A stretch of DNA of 64,000 nucleotides from NCBI RefSeq assembly GCF_006345805.1, contig NC_043020.1, forward strand, positions 17,112,001-17,176,000. Reading direction: 5' to 3'. Of the stretch, positions 1 to 11,998 are shown in pieces. The first letter of the stretch is position 1; each line of letters starts with the position of its first letter. This stretch comes from Octopus sinensis. Taxonomy: Eukaryota. Both the position numbers and the translations under genes were made by a program. The notes beneath the pieces are model-generated. The model ran no database searches. It saw only the letters and a list, made by a program, of their open reading frames with translations, and was not told the DNA's origin.

Positions 1-602
1 GACTAAGAAACCCATCCTAAGGGTGTGCTGGACAGCAGTGCCCCCTCATGATTCAATGGTGCACCCTCAGATTTAGAGAATACAGTTTACAAAAATCTTC
101 CTGCAATACAAATTAATTTCCACGCAATATTCTGAAGTACCCCCAGGCACCAAAGCCTGGCAGTGGCTTACACACACACACACACACACACACACGTGTC
201 TATGTATGTACGTGTTTGCATGTGTGTAGGAAGTGGGATACTGAGGGAGTCTAAGATGCATTACGTGAAATACTACAGACTGTTGATGAAGAAAGTATGT
301 GCTCCTTCTGGTGTTTCTTGCAATCAGATATGTCAAACTAAAGCAATAGCTGACCAATTTTGATATGGTCTGTGTCCTTCAATATTCCATGAAAGGGTGA
401 TGCTCAGGAGTGGGAACACAACTAGAAAGTCACCCTCTTCTGCCATGCTCTGCTTCATTTTGCAACCAAGTCAGACTATTGATATAAACTGCAATTCCAA
501 AGAACAAGCTGGATTTTGCAAAGGGTGAGGAATGCACAATTAGTTAGCAAACCTCTGTTGGTATCAACATTGTGCCAATCAACACTGAATTGATTCGTAG
601 CC

Positions 603-993
603 TCTCTCTCTTTTACTCTTTTACTTGTTTCAGCCATTTGACTGCAGCCATGCTGGAGCACCGCCTTTAGTCGAGCAAATCGACCCCAGGACTTATTCTT
701 TGTAAGCCTTGTGCTTATTCTATCGGTCTCTTTTGTCGAACTGCTAAGTTACGGGGACGTAAACACAGCAGCATCAGTTGTCAAGCGATGGTGGGGGGAC
801 AAACACAGACATACACACATACATATATATACATATATATGACAGGCTTCTTTCAGTTTCCATCTACCAAAATCCACTCACAAGGCTTTGGTTGACCCGA
901 GGCTATAGTAGAAGACACTTGCCAAAAGTACCACGCAGTGGGACTGAACCCAGAACCATGTGGTTGGTAAGCAAGCTACTTACCACACAGCCT
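603..993 (-). mobile_element. tRNA-derived SINE, family 1 (~400 bp, most abundant family in the window)
   Basis: Reverse complement of head ggctgtgtggtaagtagcttgc...gggttcagtcccac, core ccttgggcaagtgtcttctactatagcc, internal (TA/TG)n and tail gactgaaacaagtaaaagag. More than 20 related full or partial copies, e.g. ~9880, 11370, 12500, 15290, 16700, 20850, 22030, 38920, 39525, 42960, 44675, 46640, 55770. Confidence 0.85.
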
Positions 994-1467
994 GAATATG
1001 TTAAGACACCACCTACTTGTGAAAAGCAAGGGGTTCTTTCGCTCTGTGTAAATTACTTCAGTGAAACAGCCAGTCTATGCTTGAACATTACTAGACAAGA
1101 TGACAAAGGTAATAGTAATGGGGTCTAATGAGCACACTGTGGTTTTGAGTCAATGGCTAGGTAATTGAGCTGGTTGAAAAATTCAAATAAATGGTGTCTA
1201 TGTCACAGCAACAAAGAAATCTGTCACAGGCTGGGTGTGGGCTGCTCAGTGACGAGCAACCTGATCTAAGTGTAGAAAGATCACAGTGTGTCCCACAGTA
1301 TGAAGATGTGGCTGGTGAAATCACTGGTCTTCTCAGTGGCTCCGTATGGCTGCAGGGTGTAACTGCTAAATGTTGAGCAACGGCTGCAAGTTGTATTATT
1401 GATGCTGCATCTGTAAATTCTGTATACACCATGCAAGACTAATGCATGTGTTCTCGACCATGTGGAC

Positions 1468-2131
1468 CAGTGGTTCTCAGCTGGGGTCCACATGACCCTT
1501 GGAGGTTCATATAAGATTGGTGGTGGTGGTGGTGGGGGCAAATAAGGAAAATAGTAAATAGGGTCCACAGTATTATCCTAAGGGTCCATGAAAAAAATTT
1601 TGCTTCAGATGTATTTATTGCAAGAAACAGTCAAGTTGCTTCCTCAAATATTTTACAGAGTTCAATGTATGCAAATGAATGTGTGATGAACAAAATAGGA
1701 ATTTTTAAAGAAGTATCATCATCATCATCATTTAGCATCCGTTTTCCATGCTAGCATGGGTTGGACGGTTTAACTGGGGTCTGTGAAGCCAGAAGGCTTC
1801 ATCAGGCCCAGTCAGATCTGGCAGTGTTTCTACGGCTGGATGCCCTTCCTAACGCCAACCACTCCGTGAGTATAGTGGGTGCTTTTTACGTGCCACCTGC
1901 ACAGGTGCCAGACAGCTGGCAAACGGCCACGAACGGATGGTGTTTTTATGTGCCACTGGCACGGGGGCCAGGCGAGGCTGGCAACGGACACGAACGGATG
2001 GTGCTTTTACGTGCACCATCTATGAAATTATCTATGAAATTAATTGTTAAACATAGAATGGTTATAGTGGTCCACCAGTACAAAATAGTAACCAAAGGGG
2101 TCCATAAATACAAAATGGTTGAGAACCACTG
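1468..2131. mobile_element. hAT-type MITE with a nested family-2 retroposon (~1716-2020)
   Basis: TIRs cagtggttctca...tgagaaccactg; imperfect 8-bp TSD atgtggac/atgtagat. Confidence 0.8.
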
Positions 2132-2538
2132 ATGTAGATAATTCTCCTAGTTGGCTAAACACTGATCAAATGGAAACTGACATAGTTTAGCCATATTTGC
2201 AGTCAGCTAATTTGACAGTCTTAAGTGACTCATTATGCTTGGTACTACTCTGAACAAGCATTAGCCTGAGAAACCAATGTTCTTAAGAACTTGGGGAATT
2301 ATTTTGGCAGTATTTGCTGCTTCTCTTGACATGTGAATGGTGTGCAGGTTATGAGATCATTTGAATTTACCAAACCACTTGCTAATAGCTGTGAATGCTT
2401 CTTGAATCTTCTCTTTTTTTTTCACTTGTAAGAGGCTGAAGTTATTCTTTACATTTTCTACTTATGATGAGTTTTCGTAGTTACATGTTGCATTGCATTT
2501 TGTCATCTAATAATACCTCTATCATCTCTCACCCTCTC

Positions 2539-2869
2539 CTAAATTTATTCTTGGAATGAGTACCCTTCTTTACTGATAACAATAAATTATTCACTAAATT
2601 TATTCTTGGAATGAGTACCCTTCTTTACTGATAACAATAAATTCTTCACTAAATTTATTCTTGGAATGAGTACCCTTCTTTACTGATAACAATAAATTCT
2701 TCACTAAATTTATTCTTGGAATGAGTACCCTTCTTTACTGATAACAATAAATTCTTCACTAAATTTATTCTTGGAATGAGTACCCTTCTTTACTGATAAC
2801 AATAAATTCTTTACTAAATTTATTCTTGGAATGGAGTACCCTTCTTTACTGATAACAATAAATTCTTCA
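2539..2869. repeat. 55-bp tandem minisatellite, 6 copies
   Basis: Unit aaatttattcttggaatgagtacccttctttactgataacaataaattcttcact starts at 2541, 2596, 2651, 2706, 2761 and 2816; copies near-identical. Confidence 0.95.
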
Positions 2870-3069
2870 AGGTAAAAGCCTTTGTTTTGTCTGCCTTGAA
2901 TGTAATGATTCTAATCATTGATATGGTCAAGTTGAAAGACCTACCTACACATTCCTGACATTTGTCAGTGTCCAATCTCTTCAATACTTGTAGTTTTACT
3001 GTGTGATGCTTTGCTTTCATGAATGTATAATTGCCAGCTGTTTTCCACTCAGGATAAAGAGCTATATCC

Positions 3070-3425
3070 GTACATGATCGCTGCCAGTGCCATCTGACTG
3101 GCTCCCATGCTGGTGGCATGTAAAAAGCTACACCCGAACATGGCTGATGCCAGTGCCCTCTGACTGGCTCCTGGGCCGGTGGCACGTAGAAAGCACTATC
3201 TGAACGTGATCAATACCAGGGCTACCTGACTGGTTCTTGTGCTGGTGGCACATAAAAAGCACCCACTACACTCTTGGAGTGGTTGGTGTTAGGAAGTGAA
3301 TCCAGCTGTAGAAACATTGCCAGATCAGATTCGAGCCTGATGCAGCCACTGACTTTCCAGACCTCAGTCAAACCATCCAATCCATGCCAGCATAGAAAAC
3401 AGATGTTAAATGATGATGATGATGA
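3070..3425 (+). mobile_element. Family-2 retroposon (SINE/RTE-like 3' end) with internal tandem subrepeats and (GAT)n tail
   Basis: gccggtggcacgtaaaaagcac subrepeats, ggttgg.gttaggaagggcatccagc.gtagaaac-type core and tail gatgttaaatgatgatgat. Other copies at ~1716(-), 11075(+), 19556(-), 27595(+), 35775(-), 54495(-), 54828(+). Confidence 0.75.
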
Positions 3426-4189
3426 GTAAAAAATTGTGAAGTTAGCTTGTGGGAGTACACCTGAGTGCAGACAGAAGCTTTTTCCTCTTCCATGTTTGCA
3501 TACAATTGTTACAATTATACTGTGATAACTCGTTGAAAATATTGTCTCCTAGAAAAAAAGAGCACTATAGCAAATCAGCTCTAAATGGTGTTGCACTAAA
3601 GTATTATTGTGTATGTGTGTGGAGAGAGAAAGAAAAAGAGAGATAAATGTGTATGTGTGATTGTATGCATGTGTGTGTGTGTGTATAAATCTATACAGGT
3701 GTCTCTCCTTGTGAATGTGTGTGTCATTTAGTGTCCATTTTCCATGCTTGGCATGGGTTAGATGGTTTAACTGGAACTGGTAAGCTGGTAATCATTTAAC
3801 ATCTGTTGTCCATGCTGGCATGGGTTGGACGGTTTGACCAAGGCTGGTAAGCTGGAAGGCTGCATCAGACTCCAGTCTGATTTGGCATGGTTTTCTATGG
3901 CTGGATGCCCTTCCTAACGCCAACCACTCAGAGTGGGTGATTATATATATATATATAGGGTTCATTAAAAATCACCTGACAGTAAATCAAAATTCCATAA
4001 CTACTATCTGTAGTTCTGTATTGACTTAAATGGAAAAATGTGTTGCTCAAGAAGGACTTCAGTTTGAACAGTTTTCATGATGTTTCATATTTAGATGCTT
4101 TTATTAAATTCATTCAGTTTAAACATCACATGCACACAGTCCATAGTTGCAGTGAAGTAGAGGTAGAAATCATTTTGAACTCATCACAC

Positions 4190-4562
4190 TATATTTAATG
4201 TATTCTGCAGTTTCATTCTCAGAATATTGGTCTAGTATTGTTATGCATTTTTATATATATATGAACGAAAGTTTTTGCAAAAGATACTTGATACAATCAC
4301 AGTATTTAGCAAAAGATTTTCTTAAAAGTTATTAGTCATTTAAAATATTCTTAATAAAACAGAATGGCATGAATATTTTGGAATGAAATTTTCATATTGT
4401 AAGCACTTTCTGGGTTCAGTTTTTTCAAACACTAGTGTTACCCCATAACGTGTGTTTGAAAAATTGAACCTTGAAAGCCCTTACACACAATACAAACTTA
4501 ATTCCATCAGGGTTGTGTCATTGATTTTCTAAGAATTTTCTTAAAAGTTAGTATAACTTTAA

Positions 4563-4593
<31 letters not shown>

Positions 4594-5764
4594 TATGCAC
4601 ACACACATGTATATATATATTGTGAAGCTGAAAGACACTGGAAATTATGATTGCCTAATATTAAATTAAAATCATAGTCATTTACAGTTATTCATTGAAT
4701 TTCATGAGTTATCATTTTTGCAATCAATTGAAAAAGCATTAATGTTTTTCCATTGAAATATTAATATTGACAGTTTTAGCATAGGTAGGCGCTGCCTACC
4801 TTAACACACATCCTTGGTGAGTGTGAGTATGTGTTTAGAGTAAATATTTATATATATTTATTCATTCAATCATTAACTTTTACACCTCTTTTTCCATGCT
4901 AGTATGAGTTTGACAAATATGTTATTGAGGACATTTTTGTACCACTGGATGCTATTCCTGTTGCTAACTCTTCACTGATTTTCAAGTAATGGGTCTCTTA
5001 TTCCACACAAAGGCACCATGCCAGTGGACAGTTTATTGAGAGGAAATGATGACATCACTGTTTTTAGCTCAGCTATTTTCAGATGAGCACAAATGTAAAC
5101 AAATGCTTGTATGCAGACTCATGTAGCTGTGACATTAGGAGGTCCAGGAATTCCTGCCTTTGCCCTGAACAGGAATTAATCTTCTCTCTTTGTTCTTTTG
5201 TACCATATGGGCTCAACTCACTACCTCTCTTCATCTGACACCAACCCCACATAAATTCCCACATTCCACTTCCCCACCCCCCACCTACACACCTGCATAC
5301 TGCTGACCTTAGTACCCTCACCACACACAAACACACTACTATACAAACACCCAAACACACTGTTCAACAACTTATTACTCTACACACCATTACACACACC
5401 CCTTCCCACCATACATATTAGCACCCACACCACACACCGTTATCCACACAGCCATACACAATCTTCAATAGCGTCACCACGCATACTACTATATGAGCAG
5501 CCACACATACTGTTTAACTCAGGAAGTGCTTACAATATGAAAATTTCATTCCAAAATATTCGTGTCATTCTGTTTTATTAAGAATATTTTTACATAAGTA
5601 ATAACTTTTAAGAAAATCTTTTGCTACATACTGTGACTGTATCAAGTATCTTTTGCAAAAACTTTTATTCACATATATATATATATTATATATATATATA
5701 TATAAATGCCTAACAATGCTAGACCAATATTCTGAGAGTGAAACTGCAGAATATGTTAAATATA
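4190..5764. repeat. Inverted duplication with ~225-245 bp arms (4190-4414 and 5519-5764)
   Basis: tattctgcagtttcattctcagaatattggtctag...ttcatattgtaagcacttt versus its reverse complement aagtgcttacaatatgaaa...ctagaccaatattctgagagtgaaactgcagaata. Confidence 0.9.
5145..5519 (+). mobile_element. Penelope-like element 3' remnant (GIY-YIG C-terminus plus CA-rich tail)
   Basis: Reads CLCPEQELIFSLCSFVPYGLNSLPLFI-stop (TGA 5236-5238), matching the E..I..L....P.GLN end typical of Penelope GIY-YIG endonucleases; paralogous to 6140-6998. Confidence 0.6.
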
Positions 5765-6139
5765 GAGTCGTGAGTGCATGCGATGTTTTCCCAGATCAGC
5801 TTTGATTGAGTAGAATTATCAAAAGTATTTCTGCTGTGATCCAGTATATTTAGAATTATGTTTCACAATACATTCTTCATTTTTTTGAGATAGTAGAGTG
5901 TGAGGTGAGGAAATTTGTCTGGTATTTCAAGCAGGGCAAGAATCCAGTGTCCCTATAAATGGCCCCTTTTGACTCACTCATGTTTAAGGGTGTATTTGAT
6001 TTCATATCAGTCAATGAAGTAGCAATAAATGTGCTGGCATAGCTGTGTGGTTGAGTTCACTTCTCAACACTATAGCTTCAGGTTCAGTTCCACTATGCAG
6101 CACTTAGGGCATTTCACTACAGCCCAAGGTCAACCAATA

Positions 6140-6993
6140 TCTCTGCATGGGGGCCACCCAGGCTCACATCTTTGCTGTGAACAGGAATTAATCTTCTCTC
6201 TTTGTTTCTTTGTACCATATGGGCTCAACTCACTACCTCTCTTCATCTGGCACCAACCCCATATGGTTTCCCACACATCTCCCACATTCAACTGCCCCAC
6301 CCTCCACCGATAGACCTGCATACCGGCTACCTCAGTACCCTCGCCACACACACACACCACTATGCAAACACCAATACACACTGTTCAACTCATTACTCAC
6401 TTCACACGCCATTACACCCACACACCCCAGCACCGACCACTTCTCAGCACCCACACCATGCACCACCATGTACACTCCCACAAGCACATAATACCTGAAC
6501 ACAAACAATATATACACACACATGCAACATGCATAAACACACAACATGCATAGACAAAGATAACTTTCGCCTACAAACATACACTATTCACATACACACA
6601 CACATGCGCACATACTACCTGAACAAGCACACATCAGCTGCTACACACAGACTCACTCGCTCCCATTCATATGTACTCACACCATTCTCAAAAACACACA
6701 CACTTGTGCACCTTAGTTCATTGGGATCACCATTACTGTTATTATTATTATATTATCTCTCTTTCATTCAGCCTCTTTTTTCCAGTCATCTCGCCATGTT
6801 GGACCGTTGAACTCTACATATTTTTTTCCCCCGTTTTTTTTTTCATTCTTTCCATTTTTTCCTTGTAATCCTTTCTGTTAAAGAGCATAGGCTTGGAATG
6901 TAAAAGACTTTTCCATTTTTACCAAGTGTTAAACTAACACACCTGTTTGTTTTTCCTAAACCTGTCTTTGACTTTTTGTGTTCTGTAAATTTG

Positions 6994-6998
<5 letters not shown>
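6140..6998 (+). mobile_element. Penelope-like element 3' remnant ending in a degenerate hammerhead and (TA)n
   Basis: HLCCEQELIFSLCFFVPYGLNSLPLFI, long CA-rich UTR, then ctttCTGTTAAagagcataggcttGGAAtgTAaaag (6871-6906), a decayed copy of the motif at 13969-14006. Confidence 0.62.
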
Positions 6999-7059
<61 letters not shown>

Positions 7060-7196
7060 GTTATGATTCTACTTATCCATATTGGTACCCATAACCAGTT
7101 GTTAGAATTCAATTATGTGTATCTTAATGTGCCCAACTATATATATATATATATATTTAAATGCTTTCTGCAATAAAGAAACACTTTCTTTCAAAT

Positions 7197-7272
7197 GCCT
7201 CTGAAGAAACTATAAGATACTGCACTGACACTCTGGGTGCTCAGTTTCTTAGAGCAGAAACAGCTGTAAGCC
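7197..7272 (+). ncRNA. Hammerhead ribozyme-like motif (type I, long stem II, palindromic stem III)
   Basis: gcct-CTGAAGA(7201-7207)-imperfect stem II (ctataagatactg / cagtttcttagag)-GAAA(7257-7260)-CAGCTG-TA-agcc. Core nucleotides are intact. Confidence 0.6.
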
Positions 7273-8116
7273 AATGAAAGTGATGATGTAACGCCTGTTC
7301 TTTTGTCGTTCATAAATTAATATATGGATAGGTGCAAGCATGGCTGTGGTTTTGAGAAGCATGATTCCGAACCATGAAGTTTTGGGTTTAGTCTTTTTGT
7401 GCGACATATTAAGCAAGAGTTGGCCAGAGCTTTGTGAATGTATTTAGTAAATGGAAACTGTGGAAGCCTGTTGTGTGAGTATTGGTGTGCATGTATCTTT
7501 GCCCTGACATCATGTGTTGCTTGCAAAGAAGAAACATTGTCATGCAAGCGATGTTGTTTGTTCCCAGTCTTCCATGGAGAAGCATGTCTGGCCATAGGAA
7601 ATATTATCTGGTTTAGAAACAGGTGAGGGTTGGTGACAGGAAGGGCATCCAGCTGTAGAAAGTCTGCCTCTGCACCATCCCTATGACCTATGCAACCATG
7701 GAAAAGTGGACATGTAATGATGATTTTGATGTGTGAGAGTGTGTATCTTTGTTTACATCTACCTGCACTTACTTATTCAAAAGACACAGCATTCATGTGG
7801 TATTCTTTCTCTTGTCAATAAATTACCTGCTTGCTTTGTGCCTTTGACCTCTTACTTGCAAAGCAGGTAATGTTAGTGTTAGGATGGACATCCTGCTGTA
7901 AAACAATGTTCACTAATATATTCATCTAACTCATGCTAGTATGGAAAAAAGGACATAAAACTTGAACTACACTATACGTGCACACACATACAGCAGTCTC
8001 TTTCATTTTCTATTTATCAAATGGCGTTGGTCAGCCTAGGGCTTATAATAAAAGACACTTCCATGAGGTTTTTTGCACTAGGCCTGCCCCCACCACCAAC
8101 CATGTGGTTGCAGTTG

Positions 8117-8315
8117 TATGAAGGGGTTCTGAAAAGTTCCTGGCTTTAAGGGTATCGTGAAAGGTTTGGTTGGAGGACTAACCTTCAGAGTTCTTTTACA
8201 AGGCTTAGTAAAACTGAAAGACTGATGTAATAAGTATGTGAATCTGAGAGGGGAATATGTTCAATAAAATTGTAATTAACTGATCCCCTGTATTTTCTTT
8301 TCAGCACCCCTGATA
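8117..8315. mobile_element. Mariner-type MITE (degenerate)
   Basis: ta-tgaaggggttctgaaaag...cttttcagcacccctga-ta inverted termini with TA flanks. Confidence 0.6.
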
Positions 8316-9260
8316 TATATATATTGATTGATTGATTGATTGATCTGTTAGTTGGTTGATTATTTGCTGGACTAAATCCCTTGGCATTGATCGTTGAATT
8401 GATGGTAGTCATGGTTTTGTTGTTTTGGTAATAGTTTAGTTGCGCTGTATTATTAATGGTTATAGTAAATAATAGAACATGTAGTTGTTGGAGTATAATA
8501 ATTGGTAGTGGTAGTAGTATAAAAATAATCTGTGTACAGTAAAATGCATATAAACCTGAATAAGGTGAAGTATGTGTGTGTGTGTGCGTGATGACCATGA
8601 ATAATTGACTGACCACTTAACTATCACTAACTACTACAGTTAGTAATTCTTGTGATACTAATCATCACTACTTCCATTCAAACTACCACCACCATTTATT
8701 CTACTGCTACCACAAACTACTAGCACCAGCCCAACTTCAACTGCTGATACTATCTCACTATTTTTTAAAAATTACTTATGTCAACACAACTACTACTACC
8801 AATACCACTGTTACTACTGCGGCTCCAAGGTTACTATTACTGTTACCCTTGCCCTTTCCCTTACAACTGTTCCACCACTCTTTACTACTACCACTGTCAC
8901 CACAACTACTAATGCTACAATGCTACTACCACCATTCCCACTGCTGTTACTACTACACTTACTACTGGTATCACAACTTTTTTTTAATAGTTACTACTAC
9001 TACTGCTACTATCACTACCACCACTTCAACAGTCAGCACAATCTTCTACATTGTACACATTACTTTCAGTTACTACACAGGTTCCTGGCACCAGCATGTT
9101 ATTAAACAAATATAAAAGCGACATCTCGGCTATATAATCATCTGTGCGCACGTGTGTGTATATGTGTATATATGTATGTGTGTGTGTGTCTCTCTCTCTC
9201 TATATATATATATACACACACACACACATAGTACATTGTTGAGTACCCATGTACTATGTG

Positions 9261-9292
<32 letters not shown>

Positions 9293-9326
9293 GACATAGT
9301 ACATTGTTGAGTACCAATGTACGATG

Positions 9327-9357
<31 letters not shown>

Positions 9358-11827
9358 ATACATATATATATATATAACAGATATACATGTGCTTTCATGG
9401 TACACATATCAACTAATTTAAAGCAGAGATCTTTCATTGAGAGTTCTTAATTAAAAATCAATTAGAGGATTTGATGACAATTTGTATAATGGAAATATAA
9501 TTCAAGGAAAGAATCTTGTAATACTGGTCTCAAATTTTGGCACAAGGCCAGCAATTTCGAGGGTGGGGCAAAGTCGATTACATCAACCCCAGCACTCAGC
9601 TGGTACATATTTTATTGATCCTGAAAAGCTGAAAGACAAGTTGACCTCAGCAGAATGGGAACTTGAACATAAAGATGGATGAGATACTATTTAGCATTTT
9701 ACCCAGTCTGCTAATGATTCTGCCAGCCACAGCTGCCTTAAGGAGTCTTGTAATATACAAAACAGTGATGTATGTATATTGCCTTAATCAAGGAGGTTAA
9801 GCATATGATGTGATGTTTGAGAATAAATCTCTTCAACCAAAAATGAATATGGTCAAATTTGAGTAGCATGGTTATCTTTTATCTTTTACTTGTTCCAGTC
9901 ATTGGACTGTGGCCATGCTGGGGCACTGCCTTGAAGGGTTTAGTCGAACAAATGAACCCCAGTACATAGTTTTATAAAAACCTAGTTCTTATTCTATCAG
10001 TCTCTTATGCCTAATTGCTAAGTTACAGAGTCATAAACAAACCAACACTGGTTATCCAGCAGTGGTGGGGGACAAGGACACCACACATACTTATATAGGC
10101 ACGTGGCTTGGTTGTTAGGGCATTTGACTCATAATCCTGAGTTTCTGAGTTCAGTTCTCAGTGGTACATTATGTCTTTGAGCAAGACACTTTATTTTACG
10201 TTGCTCTAGTTCACTCAGCTGGTAAAGATTAGTTGTACCTGTAATTCAAAGAGCTAGCCATATCACATTCTGTGTCTTGCTGAATTTCCCCGAGAACAAT
10301 GTTAAGGGTACTTGTGACTGTGAAGTGCTCAACCACTTGCATGTTAATTTCACAAGCAGGCTGTTTCATTAATTGGATCAACCGGAACCTTTGTCATTGT
10401 AATTGCTGGAGTGTCAGTCTCTCTATATACCTTGGGCTTCTTTCAGCTTCTGTCTGCCAAATCCACTCACAAGGATTTGGAGCTGTAGTAGAAGTCACTT
10501 GCCCAGGATGCTACTCTGTAGCACAAAAACCTAGAACCATGTGGTTGGGAAGTAAACTTTTTACCACACATCTTGTAGATATATTATACATCCAGTTCAT
10601 CATGGGTCAGTATATAGCAACAGAACACATGTAGTAGAGCAAACGCATAATATAGATGGGCTTAAATCTTGTGTTACTTCAGAACTGCTTGACTGGGTTA
10701 AATATCCTCCTTCAAGCAGTTTCAACTGAGCTGCAGTTCACCTTGCCCTGCCCAGAGTCTCTACCCGAATTAACATTTGTTAAGTCAAAAGCTAAAGGGG
10801 ACAAAAGTTTTTGGTGTTCATTCATTTTTCTGTTTTTCCATGCTGAGATGGGTTGGTTGAATACTTGTTATTGAGGCATTATTTTAACAGTTGGGTGCCA
10901 TTCCTGATAGACACTGACCCTTACATGTTTTTTAAGAAGGGGATTTTATTCCAATCTATCTTGAAGACCACAAAACTGCAGGATCAATATCAATATGTTG
11001 CCATTCCCTCTTTGCTCAAGCAGTTTCATGTGAAGACACAGAATGTAAACATTCATTGAAACACATACATATAGAGCATGATCATTGCCAGAGCGGCTAT
11101 CTGGCCTCCGTGCCAGTGGCACGTAAAAGACACCATTTGAGCGCAATCGTCAGCAGCATCGCCTTACTGGCACCTGTGTCGGTGGCATGTGTAAAAGATT
11201 CGAGCGAGATCGTTGCCAGTGCTGCTTGACTGGCCCCGTGCCGGTGGCACGTAAAAGCACCCACTACACTCTCAGAGTGGTTGGCATTAGGAAGGGCATC
11301 CAGCTGTAGAAACTCTGCCAGATCAGGATTGAAGCCTGGTGCAGCCCTCTGGTTCACCGTATTTACCTTTTAATTTGTTTCAGTCATTAGACTGCAACCA
11401 TGCTAGGGCACTATCTTGAAGAATTTTTGTTGAACTAATCAACCCCAGTTCTTATTTTTATTTAAGCCTGGCACTTATTCTATCAGTCTCTATTGCTGAA
11501 CTGTTTAGTTACAGAGATGTAAACACACCAGCACGGTTGTCAAGCTGTCATGGAGGAACAAACACAGACACGAGCACACACACACACATGATGGGGTTTT
11601 TTTTTAGTTTTTGTCTTCCAAATCCACTCACAGTTTTTGTTGGCCCAAGGCTGTAGCAGAAGATACTTGGCCACAGTGCCATGCAGTGAGACTGAACCCA
11701 GTATCTTGTGGTTGGGAAGCAAACTTACCCTCCATGCGTGCGCGCATGCACACACACACACGTATGTATGTGTCTATATGTGTGTGTATGTATGTATGTG
11801 TGTGGAGATATATATGTATGTATATAG

Positions 11828-11998
11828 TTAATCCAAACAAAAAAGCACAAAAAAACACAACAACACAAGGACGTGGAACAAATATAGTATTATTGGACGC
11901 TCAGGAAAGAAGGAGGGTTTAACGTTTCGAGCGGAGCTCTTTGTTGGAAACATAGAAGGGAAGACAGAGGAAAAAAAATCGCCAACGGTACACACGGT
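11828..11998 (-). mobile_element. Short Penelope-pLTR-like element with decayed hammerhead
   Basis: Minus strand tttCCAACAAagagctccgctcGAAAcgTTaaac (11917-11950), flanked by (TA)n; related to 13930-14100. Confidence 0.55.

Noticed and set aside
778-1128. Recurring short ORFs (PNPLTRLW...RRHLPKVP; QIHSQGFG...EDTCPRCH; LRLDALPNANHS)
   Set aside because: Conceptual translations of SINE consensus sequence, not genes.
2539-2869. 55-bp repeats as a CRISPR array
   Set aside because: Head-to-tail near-identical units with no spacers.
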